From positions 2,048,001 through 2,112,000 of the forward strand of contig JAKFCY010000002.1 of assembly GCA_036676395.1 (NCBI GenBank): DNA of 64,000 nucleotides. The letters are read 5' to 3'. The notes below the pieces were generated by a model. It was given only the letters and a program-made list of their open reading frames with translations. It was not told where the DNA came from and made no database searches. Numbering within the stretch: position 1 is the first letter of the stretch; each line of letters opens with the position of its first letter. This document shows positions 21,453 through 31,044 of this stretch, piece by piece. Made by a program: the position numbers and the translations under genes. Source of the stretch: Bdellovibrio sp. Its GTDB lineage: Bacteria > Bdellovibrionota > Bdellovibrionia > Bdellovibrionales > Bdellovibrionaceae.

Positions 21453-22721
21453 ATGCCATTAAAACCTGTTTTCATTATACCCTTTGTCTTACTTTTGTCC
21501 TTAACCGCTCTGGGAGAAGAAACTTCGCCCCGTTGTTATCAATTCACGTCTGGTAACGTTGAGGCCGTCGAGCACGATCATGACTCAAATATTCATGTGT
21601 CAGACTCAGAGATTTGGTGCTACCAGCGTGTGACGACACCGCAACCAGGTATGCTGATCTATAATATCGATAATGGCCGCGCAAAACCTGAGTTAACAAT
21701 ATTGAAAGGTGATGATGGCTACATTGTGCATGCATCTCTGTTAGCTGGTCGAATTACAACTCACAGAGTTAAAGCCACAGACTTTAACCCGTTTTCAATC
21801 CCGCTGACAGAACCTGGCATTGCTCAACGCCTGTCACTGAAACCATCTGCAGCAATTATTGAATCTGCAAAAACAGCCTTTAAATTTCTTTTAAGTGCTC
21901 CGTTAAATTCATCGCCAGCAGAAGACACACCGATGACCATCGAGGCTGGCACTTTCAAAGCGCAAGCAACGCATTTACCTTGGCGCGGTTATTGGTTTCC
22001 ACAACGCGGCCAAACCATCGCGGGCCCCCTTAAACGCTACGATCTATTTATCAAAGCAAAAACTGGTAAAAGCCCAGACTCAGCTCGCTATGAACGCAAT
22101 CATCACGGTTGGACCGGAGAAGTTTGGGAAGGCCATTGCAACGGCTGGGCAGCGGCGGCAATTTTAAATCAAGAACCTGTAATTCCCAGAACAGATAAAA
22201 TTTCTGGTGTCACTTTTTCTGTACTTGATCAAAAAGCATTACTTTCTGAAAGAGACTTCTGCGTTACCCATACTTTTTTCGGTTCGCGGTATAGAGATGC
22301 CGGAGACAACGCCAGCGATATTCGCCCTGCGCTTTTTCACAAAATTTTAGTTTATTACATCGGTAAATTAGGCAAACCCGTAGCCACTGATTATGACCGA
22401 AGTGCTACCGTTAACAATGCTGTTATCTCTAGCTATGATATGACAATTACAAAAACCGGAACTAGAACATTTAAAGTAAACATGGTGATTGATCTTCACC
22501 ATTACGATAAGACAAAAAGTGAAAACACTGGCGTCGCCCGCATAGAAAGAAAAAAATATAGATATACGATTAAAGTGAACGAACTCGGTGAAATTATTGG
22601 CGGCAACTGGCTTTCTGGCAACCCTGACTTTTTGTGGGTGCCGCTGAGCACGTCGCTTTGCCCTAAGAACAATCAAAAATTAGACGCAAAGTATATCGAA
22701 GAAATTCTTAATCTACAGTAA
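21453..22721 (+). CDS. Secreted transglutaminase-elicitor-like cysteine enzyme
   Basis: Signal peptide; PWRGYWFP, WEGHCNGWAAAA, C-terminal G.W...PDFLW. Confidence 0.7.
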   Translation: MPLKPVFIIPFVLLLSLTALGEETSPRCYQFTSGNVEAVEHDHDSNIHVSDSEIWCYQRVTTPQPGMLIYNIDNGRAKPELTILKGDDGYIVHASLLAGRITTHRVKATDFNPFSIPLTEPGIAQRLSLKPSAAIIESAKTAFKFLLSAPLNSSPAEDTPMTIEAGTFKAQATHLPWRGYWFPQRGQTIAGPLKRYDLFIKAKTGKSPDSARYERNHHGWTGEVWEGHCNGWAAAAILNQEPVIPRTDKISGVTFSVLDQKALLSERDFCVTHTFFGSRYRDAGDNASDIRPALFHKILVYYIGKLGKPVATDYDRSATVNNAVISSYDMTITKTGTRTFKVNMVIDLHHYDKTKSENTGVARIERKKYRYTIKVNELGEIIGGNWLSGNPDFLWVPLSTSLCPKNNQKLDAKYIEEILNLQ

Positions 22722-22757
22722 AAATTAAAGAAGCGCTGATTCCCCATCTTTTCTATG

Positions 22758-22785
22758 ACCCACATCTTTTAAGCGAGATGTGGGT
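22758..22785. repeat. REP-like hairpin / bidirectional terminator
   Basis: acccacatct-tttaagcg-agatgtgggt followed by a T-run, between convergent genes. Confidence 0.7.
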
Positions 22786-22793
22786 TTTGTTTT

Positions 22794-23381
22794 TTAAGCC
22801 CACAACACTTCCCACTCGGATGAGGAAAGCCCTGTTAAACGCTGCGGTTTATATTTTATGGAACCAGAAGCTTCTTTTATATTAAGCTGAATATAGTTTC
22901 TAACAATCAGATAGGGCTTCCACCCCTGAATCACACGAGTAAAAGGCCTGTACTTCCATAGCTTTGCGGGTTTCATGGAACTTGCTGGGGTATCGGTCAC
23001 ATTTCTTACAACAAGAAAGCCATTTTTCTTAAACTCCTGTGCAATTTGCCCTGCCATGACACGCAAAAAATGTTGGCCGTAAGATCTTTTTGAAAACCGA
23101 ACTAACAAATGTAAATGATCGTGGTTAATTGAAACCTGTTCAACTTTAACAAAGAACCTGCGCGCATATTTTTTAATAATAGCGTTGATCAGATAAAACC
23201 CTAAAGGTGATCGAAGCCCCCGGCGCAGGGATTTAAAATCTGTTTTTAACACTAAATGAATCGGCGCTTTTGTGGATAACGGGCGAGCTTTGCGACCGCG
23301 GCGTTTGTTGCGTAAAATACCACCATGGTTATAGCGAAATTGCCAGTGTGTTTTTGTAAAATGTAATTGTGTGTGACCCAT
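22794..23381 (-). CDS. Y1 (IS200/RAYT-like) HUH transposase
   Basis: PIHLVLK, NHDHLHLL HUH motif, LWKYRPFTRVI, NYIQLN catalytic Tyr region; ATG 23381 preferred over TTG 23456. Confidence 0.8.
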   Translation of the reverse strand: MGHTQLHFTKTHWQFRYNHGGILRNKRRGRKARPLSTKAPIHLVLKTDFKSLRRGLRSPLGFYLINAIIKKYARRFFVKVEQVSINHDHLHLLVRFSKRSYGQHFLRVMAGQIAQEFKKNGFLVVRNVTDTPASSMKPAKLWKYRPFTRVIQGWKPYLIVRNYIQLNIKEASGSIKYKPQRLTGLSSSEWEVLWA

Positions 23382-23529
23382 ACCCAAGCCTTTCGATGAG
23401 CTGACGAAAAGCAAGAACCTGGCGCAGGTTAGAGGGCTGTTATCTGTAGCTGGCAAAGATATATCCGATAGACGGATTAAAAAAGATGTGGGTCATAGTA
23501 AGGGCTCAATACCTGCCTTTTTTTTATTT

Positions 23530-23868
23530 CTAAAAATGTTCTCCGTTTTCAAAATAATCAGTTTTCGGCAGATCAAAAAATACAACCACGATAAATTCAG
23601 ATTTTGAAAAGCCACGCACAAGTTCTGTGACTTTCTTTGCAGCTACAGCTTTCATCTCGGCCCCGCGATCAAACCAGTGAATTTCAATCATTGGATCACC
23701 CAACCCGTCAGGCACGATGACGCCGTCGCGGTAAAAAACTGAGTGAATTTTTTCGACGGTGAAATTTTCTTCTGGCGTGTTCATAATTAGCGAAAGTTCT
23801 TTTGGTAAAACTTGGCTTAAGTTTTTAACATCTGAATCAGTCATGGCGCGAATACGAATATGTGGCAT
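23530..23868 (-). CDS. DUF1904 family (tautomerase-fold) protein
   Basis: MPHIRIR N-terminal Pro, EIHWFDRG, C-terminal YFENGEHF. Confidence 0.85.
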   Translation of the reverse strand: MPHIRIRAMTDSDVKNLSQVLPKELSLIMNTPEENFTVEKIHSVFYRDGVIVPDGLGDPMIEIHWFDRGAEMKAVAAKKVTELVRGFSKSEFIVVVFFDLPKTDYFENGEHF

Positions 23869-23911
23869 AATTACCTTCCATTTTAGCTAGATTTCTTTCT
23901 ATACTTCAAGG

Positions 23912-25681
23912 ATGGATTTAATTACCCCTGCTTTAATTTATCTTTCGTTATCAGCTTTACTTGTTCCCCTATTTCATAAACTGGGGTTGGGATCTGTTCT
24001 AGGCTACTTAACAGCAGGCTTTATTATCGGGCCACATGCGCTGGGTGTGATCAAAGACGTAAATAGCGTTTCAGGTTTTGCTGAATTTGGTGTGGTGTTT
24101 TTATTATTTATTATTGGCTTAGAATTGCAGCCAAAAAAATTATGGAGCATGCGTAAAGATCTGATCGGCTTTGGCGGTTTACAAATTCTAGCTTGTACTT
24201 TGGGGTTAGGCTTAATCGTTAAATTTTTTGGTTTTTCATGGACTCAATCCATGGTGATTGGTTTTGCGCTATCGTTATCTTCAACTGCATTTGCGATGCA
24301 GACATTGATTGAACGTAAACAATTACAAACTGTACCTGGAAAAACAGCGTTTGCGATTTTACTGATGCAAGATATTATCGCGATCCCCGCTTTGGCTTTA
24401 ATTCCCTTATTAGGCGGAGAAGTTGGCGGTTCTAATCTTACCCGCTGGACGGCTTTATGGTTTATCGGCACCGTGATCGTGCTGGTTTTAATCAGTCGTT
24501 ATTTAATGCGTCCGCTACTTCGAATGGTGGCCTCTATTCGCAATCGCGAAATTTTCACAGCGATTACTTTAGCTATCGTGCTTGGGGTATCAATGTGGAT
24601 GCATCACTTGGGTTTATCAATGGGCCTTGGCGCGTTCTTGGCCGGAGTACTTTTAGCCGATTCTGAATACCGTCACGAGTTAGAAGTAGATCTTGAACCG
24701 TTTAAAGGTTTATTGATGGGTTTATTTTTTATCTCGGTTGGAATGTCTGTGAATATTTCATTACTGGTGGCTTCGCCGTTATTAATTTTGGCGTTGACGG
24801 GATTATATCAAGTCGTTAAAGGATTTTTGATTGTAGCTGCAGCACGTGTGTTAGGTCTTGAAGCAGACAGTTCAAAATGTATGGGTTTAACCATCGCCCA
24901 AGGTGGAGAGTTTGCCTTTGTTATTTTTGCTTCAACTTTGAAGATTAATTTTTTACCGGCAGAAACTGTCGAGATGTTAGTTTTAATTGTAACATTATCA
25001 ATGGTATTAAGCCCGATTGCGCTGGCGTTTAACGAAAAAATCTTAGCTAGTCTGAACAATCGAAAAAAGAAAGATCCTCAGTATGATGAAATCGAAGCAA
25101 AAAATAATCATGTGATCATCGCTGGTTATGGCCGCTTCGGACAAATCTGTGGCCGTATTTTACGTTCTTTAGGAATTCCATTTACGGCGTTAGAGTTAGA
25201 TCCTGCTCAGATTGAATTATTGCGAAAATTCGGCACCAAAGTTTATTACGGCGATGCTTCGCGCGCAGAACTTTTAGAAAAAGCCGGCGCTGCAGATGCG
25301 ACACTTTTAATTTTAGCCATTGATGATGTTGATTCAAGCATTGAAGCAGCAAAAGTTATCACTGAGCAATTTCCGAAATTAAAAATTTTAGCGCGGGCTC
25401 GTAATCGTGATCACGCTTTTCAATTGCGTGATTTAGGAATCAGTTTTATCAAGCGTGAAACTTTTGATGCCGCTGTTGAGCTTTCAAAAGAAATGTTAGT
25501 TGAACTTGGCTACAAACGCGATCACGCCGATCGTTTAACGGATAAATTTAAACTGCATGATGAGAGTATGCTTATCGAACAACATCTGATCAGACATGAC
25601 GAAAAGCAGATGATCAGTGTTTCGCGCCAAGGCGCCGAGCAGCTGACGCAGGTTCTGAATGACGATATCGTGCTAAAATAA
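23912..25681 (+). CDS. kefC: CPA2 family potassium efflux antiporter (KefB/KefC-like)
   Basis: GLGSVLGYL, EFGVVFLLFIIGLEL, SEYRHELE, KTN domain GYGRFG, YYGDASR. Confidence 0.88.
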   Translation: MDLITPALIYLSLSALLVPLFHKLGLGSVLGYLTAGFIIGPHALGVIKDVNSVSGFAEFGVVFLLFIIGLELQPKKLWSMRKDLIGFGGLQILACTLGLGLIVKFFGFSWTQSMVIGFALSLSSTAFAMQTLIERKQLQTVPGKTAFAILLMQDIIAIPALALIPLLGGEVGGSNLTRWTALWFIGTVIVLVLISRYLMRPLLRMVASIRNREIFTAITLAIVLGVSMWMHHLGLSMGLGAFLAGVLLADSEYRHELEVDLEPFKGLLMGLFFISVGMSVNISLLVASPLLILALTGLYQVVKGFLIVAAARVLGLEADSSKCMGLTIAQGGEFAFVIFASTLKINFLPAETVEMLVLIVTLSMVLSPIALAFNEKILASLNNRKKKDPQYDEIEAKNNHVIIAGYGRFGQICGRILRSLGIPFTALELDPAQIELLRKFGTKVYYGDASRAELLEKAGAADATLLILAIDDVDSSIEAAKVITEQFPKLKILARARNRDHAFQLRDLGISFIKRETFDAAVELSKEMLVELGYKRDHADRLTDKFKLHDESMLIEQHLIRHDEKQMISVSRQGAEQLTQVLNDDIVLK

Positions 25682-25802
25682 TAAGCGCTTTTGCTATGCA
25701 TTCACTTGGGTAACCATTAATACCCTTGTGTGCAGCGTATTCTGATTGAATTACCGACTTTGCTTTCGTAAAAATAACTATACAAACGAAGGTAGGTTTT
25801 CA

Positions 25803-26987
25803 ATGAGAAATTCAGTTTCTATGTGCGGTTATTTATTAGCGGTTCTGATTATTCCTCTGCATGGCTTTTCTCAAAGCACGCCTGATACAAAAAACCTATC
25901 TACCTTAATGGGAGCAATTGATAAAATCGTTGCAGAAAAAACTCAAATCTCGGGCTTTAACGAAGAGCCGGCTAAGCTTACGCCGTCGGCTGAACAAGCT
26001 GCTGATGATATCGCGAATGAGCTTGAAGACTGCCAAACAACAAAAACCGAAGAGCCGCAATTAGTTGTGGTTGAAAAAGACGGTGTGACAACTGAGCTTA
26101 AAACTTTTGATCTAAAAATTTCTGGCGAACGTTGTCCGCTAGAAATGTCGGTTTCAGTGATCACTGACGAACAAACACCTGAAAAATTTGTTGGCGGCTT
26201 TACAATGTCGATCATTTTTAAAACTGAAGGTTTTATTGAAAAATACCGCATGCGCCACATCAAAGCCACGGGCGTTATTAAAGCCCACGCCGAAAAAAAG
26301 GGAACAACAGTCACGTTACCGGTAAGTGTTGAGATCGCAAGCTCTGGCGATAGCTTAGATATGGGTTTGTTTTCACAAAATATGTCGATCAAAGTTTCAA
26401 CGAGCGTAAATTTAGCTAACTTTAGTTTTTCTGCACTGACTGAACAAAATGTTTCTTTAAAGTACGGCCAAATTGACCAAAAAGGCACTGCCCGCTTAAA
26501 AGTAAGTGGCTTTTCTGCCCCTGAGCAGTCATTCATGATTAACGATAAAAAAGTTTCTGAAACAGAATTTCAAACTTTTTTACAAAGCTTTATCGTTGCA
26601 GGCTTAGTGTCTGAAGACGACCCGCAAACTCCGGATGGCCGCAGACCAACACGCTGTAAAGTTGCAGCTTACGATAAACAAGCGATCACTGAAGCTGATT
26701 TGAAAGTCGCTTTATCAAAGCCGGCTGCCCTTCCTGCAAAAGGCCAATTAGTTAAAGCTGAATCATGCCTTAGTAATAAAGCTGTTCCCTTTAAAAATGG
26801 CGCTGATAATTTAAATGGCTTATTAGATTTTCAAACTGAATGGATTTCATTCAACGTGCAAAACACGGCAACTCAAAAATCTACTGGTGATGTGTTTGTA
26901 CTTTATGGTGATAATGCTCCACAAACTTCACAGACTGAGACTATGATTTTAGGTCTTATGTGTGAGACTGTGCCATCTTGCAAATAA
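25803..26987 (+). CDS. Secreted hypothetical protein
   Basis: Signal peptide from ATG 25803; first of three overlapping ORFs. Confidence 0.75.
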   Translation: MRNSVSMCGYLLAVLIIPLHGFSQSTPDTKNLSTLMGAIDKIVAEKTQISGFNEEPAKLTPSAEQAADDIANELEDCQTTKTEEPQLVVVEKDGVTTELKTFDLKISGERCPLEMSVSVITDEQTPEKFVGGFTMSIIFKTEGFIEKYRMRHIKATGVIKAHAEKKGTTVTLPVSVEIASSGDSLDMGLFSQNMSIKVSTSVNLANFSFSALTEQNVSLKYGQIDQKGTARLKVSGFSAPEQSFMINDKKVSETEFQTFLQSFIVAGLVSEDDPQTPDGRRPTRCKVAAYDKQAITEADLKVALSKPAALPAKGQLVKAESCLSNKAVPFKNGADNLNGLLDFQTEWISFNVQNTATQKSTGDVFVLYGDNAPQTSQTETMILGLMCETVPSCK

Positions 26988-27640
26988 TTCGCTTTGTTTT
27001 ATTTTTATTTCTTTCGGTAACTGCAGTTGCGCAAGACGCGGTAGAAATCACTGATCCGCGTGATCAGCTGAAATGGATTCGCGGCGCGTCTGCGCGCCCT
27101 GCGTTCAGCACCGCATTTCGCTGTGGCGAAGCACTCCCGTTTTTTGTGCGCACTGGGCAATGCGCGATTCACTGCCAGTTCGCGCTTTGTGAACAAATGT
27201 GCGACTGGCCAGAAATTGCAAATGCTGATTTTCAGGTTGAAGAATGCACCAGCGAATCCGCTTCTCTTTATTCAACAAAAGGTCATTCAATTCAACTTAC
27301 GGCTACTGATTATAAAGCTTCAGGTAATACAATCGCGCTTTCATTAATTAAAGCGATACCGGTTTTTTATCAGCCCGTACAAAAAATCGAAATCGATCGC
27401 ATCGGTATGCCGATCGCAAAAAAGTTTATTGAAAACGGCAAAATGAAGACAGTCTATATAACACCGATCAGTGTACTGGTTTTTCCGAATCGCACTAAAC
27501 CAGATTTTATGATGTTGGAATTAGATTTAGATTTATCACGTTCAGGTTTAGATCAATTGATGTGCTTTAGTGAAATTGAATTTTGCTTAGGTACAGACGA
27601 ATATTTTATAAAAAGAAAAGGACTCGTAAATGGCAAATAA
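26978..27640 (+). CDS. Secreted Cys-rich hypothetical protein
   Basis: Signal peptide; CAIHCQFALCEQMC. Confidence 0.72.
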   Translation: MQIIRFVLFLFLSVTAVAQDAVEITDPRDQLKWIRGASARPAFSTAFRCGEALPFFVRTGQCAIHCQFALCEQMCDWPEIANADFQVEECTSESASLYSTKGHSIQLTATDYKASGNTIALSLIKAIPVFYQPVQKIEIDRIGMPIAKKFIENGKMKTVYITPISVLVFPNRTKPDFMMLELDLDLSRSGLDQLMCFSEIEFCLGTDEYFIKRKGLVNGK

Positions 27641-28850
27641 TCTTAAAAGTTTTTGCAGCGTTTTTTTAGGTTTTTTATTTATCGCGGGTTTTGCTTCAGC
27701 TAATGGTGGCTGGGTTAGCTCTGGTGGCGAAGTTTTTAAAAATGGCAAGAACCCGTGGTTTGTGAATAACACGAAAGTGATTAATTACTGCGTGCGCTTT
27801 AGCCCAAGCGAATTTTCAGTCGATGAATCAACGGCTTTACGCCTAGTGCGTGAAAGTTTAGCTTACTGGAAAGATCAACTTGATGGTCTGGCTTCGATTA
27901 ACTTAGATGCTCCCATTCTTAGCCCCAACCAAAATCAAATTATCATCGCCCAGCAGGAATTTAAATTTAGCGCGATCTGCAACGGCACCGAAGATCTAAC
28001 GATCAAATTCGGTTACGATATGCTTGATGCCGCTGAAAAAACTTACATGATTACGCCTGAAAAATACTTAGGCTTAACGATTCGTAAAAATTACGACGAT
28101 GTGCAATTACGCGGTAACGGCGTCATTTATATCACTGGTGATCTTGGTGCACACTCTTACAAGAAGACTTCACCTGATGTGATTGATGCGGCTTGGAAGT
28201 ACACAAAACTTTTAAATTATGTTTTGATTCATGAATTAGGTCATGTGTTTGGTTTATCGCATTCAGGTTCTGGTTTAATGTCAGAAGTTTTCTTAGATCA
28301 GATGCTGATTCGTAAGTTTGCGGCGTTATACGCGCGTGAACCGATTTCACCGTTTATTAAACCTCCGGTTGTAGCCGAAGTGTGTGATAACAGTAACAGT
28401 GTTTTTCCTAAAGGCAGCCAAAGCTTTTTAGCGCCATATTTTTCTTTAACTTATAAAGAAGACTGTTTAAAGCTTGAAATGAGTGCGAATAAAAAACAAT
28501 TTGCCATTCTGACTAAGAAAATGAATGGCACTGAGTGGAAACAAATCGGTATCCTATTTATCGATCGCAACGAAATTATTGATTACTCATTACGCCCGGC
28601 CCTGACATTACAAGTCACTGAAGAGCAAAAAATCTTCAAATTAAACGGAGCCTCTTTTATTTTAGGGCCCATTTACCAGAACTATAAAGTCGATGGGCAT
28701 ATTAATTTCGGGACTTCGTTAAAACCTTTTCCGGTACAGATTGATTTAAGCCCGGATAACATCGTGGTTTATGGCCTGCATGAAAATCGTCTGCGCCAGG
28801 TATTTAGCTTCGGCAATCCACTGCTTTACTCTTTAAGTAAACCCTTCTAA
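27630..28850 (+). CDS. Secreted metzincin-type zinc metalloprotease
   Basis: Signal peptide; HELGHVFGLSH followed by the Met-turn GLMS. Confidence 0.8.
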   Translation: MANNLKSFCSVFLGFLFIAGFASANGGWVSSGGEVFKNGKNPWFVNNTKVINYCVRFSPSEFSVDESTALRLVRESLAYWKDQLDGLASINLDAPILSPNQNQIIIAQQEFKFSAICNGTEDLTIKFGYDMLDAAEKTYMITPEKYLGLTIRKNYDDVQLRGNGVIYITGDLGAHSYKKTSPDVIDAAWKYTKLLNYVLIHELGHVFGLSHSGSGLMSEVFLDQMLIRKFAALYAREPISPFIKPPVVAEVCDNSNSVFPKGSQSFLAPYFSLTYKEDCLKLEMSANKKQFAILTKKMNGTEWKQIGILFIDRNEIIDYSLRPALTLQVTEEQKIFKLNGASFILGPIYQNYKVDGHINFGTSLKPFPVQIDLSPDNIVVYGLHENRLRQVFSFGNPLLYSLSKPF

Positions 28851-28852
28851 AT

Positions 28853-28885
28853 AAAAAAAGGGAGAAAACTTTCGTTTCCTCCCTT
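28853..28885 (-). terminator. Intrinsic terminator between convergent genes
   Basis: aagggagaaaac-tttc-gtttcctccctt preceded by an A-run. Confidence 0.7.
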
Positions 28886-28907
28886 AAGCGACCATCAGTA
28901 AAGAGGT

Positions 28908-29345
28908 TTACTTCACCGTTGATTTCTTTGTTAAACATTCATAACTAATCTGCCATTCTTTAACTTCTGTCGTAGACACTTTTGCCGACGTGTTTTCTGA
29001 AGGGTCACGACCACCTGACAATAGCGGCATTCCTAAAAAGCTGCCAACATGTGTTGATTGAGTTCCTGCATTTTTAGAGGTGTTTGAATTTGTCGTTGAT
29101 TCCTGACCGATGACCACTTCACCCTCTTCGATCACTTTCGCTTGTGTCGGGGCGCAGTTAGAAGCCATCATGTGTGTCGCTTTTTGACGGTCTTCATCGC
29201 GGTAACCAACTTTTAAAGCGATGATTCCATTTTGACTTGGTTTTTTTTTCACATCACGAGCGTAAGGTTGGTACGGCACACTTTGGCATGATGTTAAAAA
29301 TCCAGCGATCATTGATACAGTCATTAATAATTTTAAATATTTCAT
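28908..29345 (-). CDS. Lipoprotein of unknown function
   Basis: Lipobox LTSC; GGAG RBS before ATG 29345. Confidence 0.8.
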   Translation of the reverse strand: MKYLKLLMTVSMIAGFLTSCQSVPYQPYARDVKKKPSQNGIIALKVGYRDEDRQKATHMMASNCAPTQAKVIEEGEVVIGQESTTNSNTSKNAGTQSTHVGSFLGMPLLSGGRDPSENTSAKVSTTEVKEWQISYECLTKKSTVK

Positions 29346-29372
29346 AGTATTATTCTCCAAGATCTTTTCAGA

Positions 29373-30047
29373 TTAGAACGGGATTGCGTAACCAGCTTGA
29401 ACTTCAAGACCTGCTAATTTACCGCCGCCAGTTTTAAATACTTTAGTTAAACCATAGTTATAAGTTACATCCACATTTAAACGCGATTCAGAAGCGATTT
29501 CCCAATTAGCACCTAAGCCAGCTTGTGCAAAAGCGCCGAAAGAATTTAGTTCACTTTTGATATCTTGAGATTCACCTAAAACGTTGGCTTCAGCACCGAC
29601 AACATAAGTTGCAGCTACACCTGCTTTACCATAATAACGAGCTCCAGTTGAAGTCGGATTAAAAAGGTATTGCGCACGCACTGGAATCGTAATCATTTTA
29701 ATATCTACAACCACTGTATCTAAGCTAAAAAATCCGAAATCTAAACTTTGCTTAGCTCCCGCTTCTAGATATTGCAGACCGCTCTCTACTGACAAAGTTG
29801 GGCTAAATGCTTTTTGCACTAATAGACCAGCAGAACTTCCGCCTTTAGAGCTGTAATCAACATCAGAACCAGTAATGTTAAAATATGAATATCCTAATGT
29901 TGGGATAAATTTTACGTTTTCGCTGTGTGAAACAACTTCGCGGCTTTCAGCATCTGCAGCTTGTGCAAAGTTCTGAGCTGCACATAGGCATGTCACTAAA
30001 AGTACTTTTGCTGGTACGGTTTTCATTGTTCTTAATAATGCTTTCAT
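29373..30047 (-). CDS. Outer-membrane beta-barrel (porin-family) protein
   Basis: Signal peptide, alternating beta strands, YNYGL, terminal Phe. Confidence 0.82.
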   Translation of the reverse strand: MKALLRTMKTVPAKVLLVTCLCAAQNFAQAADAESREVVSHSENVKFIPTLGYSYFNITGSDVDYSSKGGSSAGLLVQKAFSPTLSVESGLQYLEAGAKQSLDFGFFSLDTVVVDIKMITIPVRAQYLFNPTSTGARYYGKAGVAATYVVGAEANVLGESQDIKSELNSFGAFAQAGLGANWEIASESRLNVDVTYNYGLTKVFKTGGGKLAGLEVQAGYAIPF

Positions 30048-30163
30048 TGGGGTCTCCTTTTGTTTGCGTGATCGCTTTTTGTTGGCTCACTATTGAACCG
30101 TTAAAGTAATGGTGCTTGAGGCGTTCTGACTTGGTTATTATTTTTAATTGAAATTTAGCGAAT

Positions 30164-30188
30164 AAAGTTATACTTTTAGTATAACTTT
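30164..30188. promoter_or_regulatory. Perfect 11-bp inverted repeat, putative operator
   Basis: aaagttatact-ttt-agtataacttt, 15 nt upstream of the regulator start. Confidence 0.65.
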
Positions 30189-30203
30189 TAAAACGGGGTA
30201 TTT

Positions 30204-31043
30204 ATGGCGTTTTTGATCTTTGAGCATAACAATTATAAAAAGATCATTCGTGAACGCCTTAAAGAACTTAAAAAATCTAAACCTAAATTCACTCTGCAAT
30301 ACTTGGCTGAAGTTTTACAAATTCAGTACACGTTCTTATCTAAGGTCTTAAATTCAGATTCACATCACTTAAACGAAGATCAAATTTTTTCTGTAGGCTA
30401 CGCCCTTGAATTTTTAGATGACGAAGTTGAATATCTGTTATTACTGCGGGCGCACGCGGCTACCGCGAACAAGGCGCGTAAAGACTTTTTATTTCAGAAG
30501 ATCTCGACATTGCAAAAAAAACGTAATTTAAGTCTTAACACCGTTGAAAAACCATCTTCGCAATTTGCCGATGATATTAGTTATCTTATGAATTACCAAG
30601 CCGTGCTGGTGCATGTTTCTCTGTGGATTAAAAGCTTACAGAAAAATCCTAACCAGCTGGCATCGCTCTTAGGTTTAGATGTTATCCGGGTTAAAGAAAT
30701 TTTAATCTTGCTTGATCGTTTAAATCGTATCGAATATGACCCAAAAGAAAACCAAGTTAAAAAAGTCACAAGTTCGCGCATTCACTTTGGCAGTGATCAC
30801 CCGTTAATGCGCACTCATCAATTAGTGATGAAGACAGCTATGAATCAAATGAGCTTTGCTAAAGGCGAAGAAAAAAAAGATAATATTTTTGTGTCATTTA
30901 CGACGGATGCCGAAGGTTTTGACAAGATTAAAGGGCTGATTAAAAACTTTATGACTGAAGTGCAAAAAGTAGCCGTCGATGGCAAGCACACTGGGCTTTA
31001 TCAGCTCAATGTGGACTTGCTTGAGATTTTTAATTTAAAGTAA
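30204..31043 (+). CDS. HTH regulator, TIGR02147/DUF4423-like
   Basis: N-terminal HTH (FTLQYLAEVLQIQYTFLSKVLN), C-terminal LYQLNVDLL. Confidence 0.75.
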   Translation: MAFLIFEHNNYKKIIRERLKELKKSKPKFTLQYLAEVLQIQYTFLSKVLNSDSHHLNEDQIFSVGYALEFLDDEVEYLLLLRAHAATANKARKDFLFQKISTLQKKRNLSLNTVEKPSSQFADDISYLMNYQAVLVHVSLWIKSLQKNPNQLASLLGLDVIRVKEILILLDRLNRIEYDPKENQVKKVTSSRIHFGSDHPLMRTHQLVMKTAMNQMSFAKGEEKKDNIFVSFTTDAEGFDKIKGLIKNFMTEVQKVAVDGKHTGLYQLNVDLLEIFNLK

Positions 31044-31044
31044 T

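Larger units (their letters stand above)
22753..23498. mobile_element. HUH/Y1 transposase element (RAYT/REPtron-like) bounded by 18-bp inverted repeats
   Basis: ctatgacccacatctttt (22753-22770) is the exact reverse complement of aaaagatgtgggtcatag (23481-23498); transposase-like ORF between them. Confidence 0.65.

Noticed and set aside
23271..23279. Perfect DnaA box (TGTGGATAA)
   Set aside because: Single copy inside the transposase ORF, 12 kb from the dnaA-like gene; no box cluster.
25943..26536. 197-aa antisense ORF (also 58215-58730, 54562-55020 and similar)
   Set aside because: Shadow ORFs opposite well-supported genes, with no motifs or RBS.
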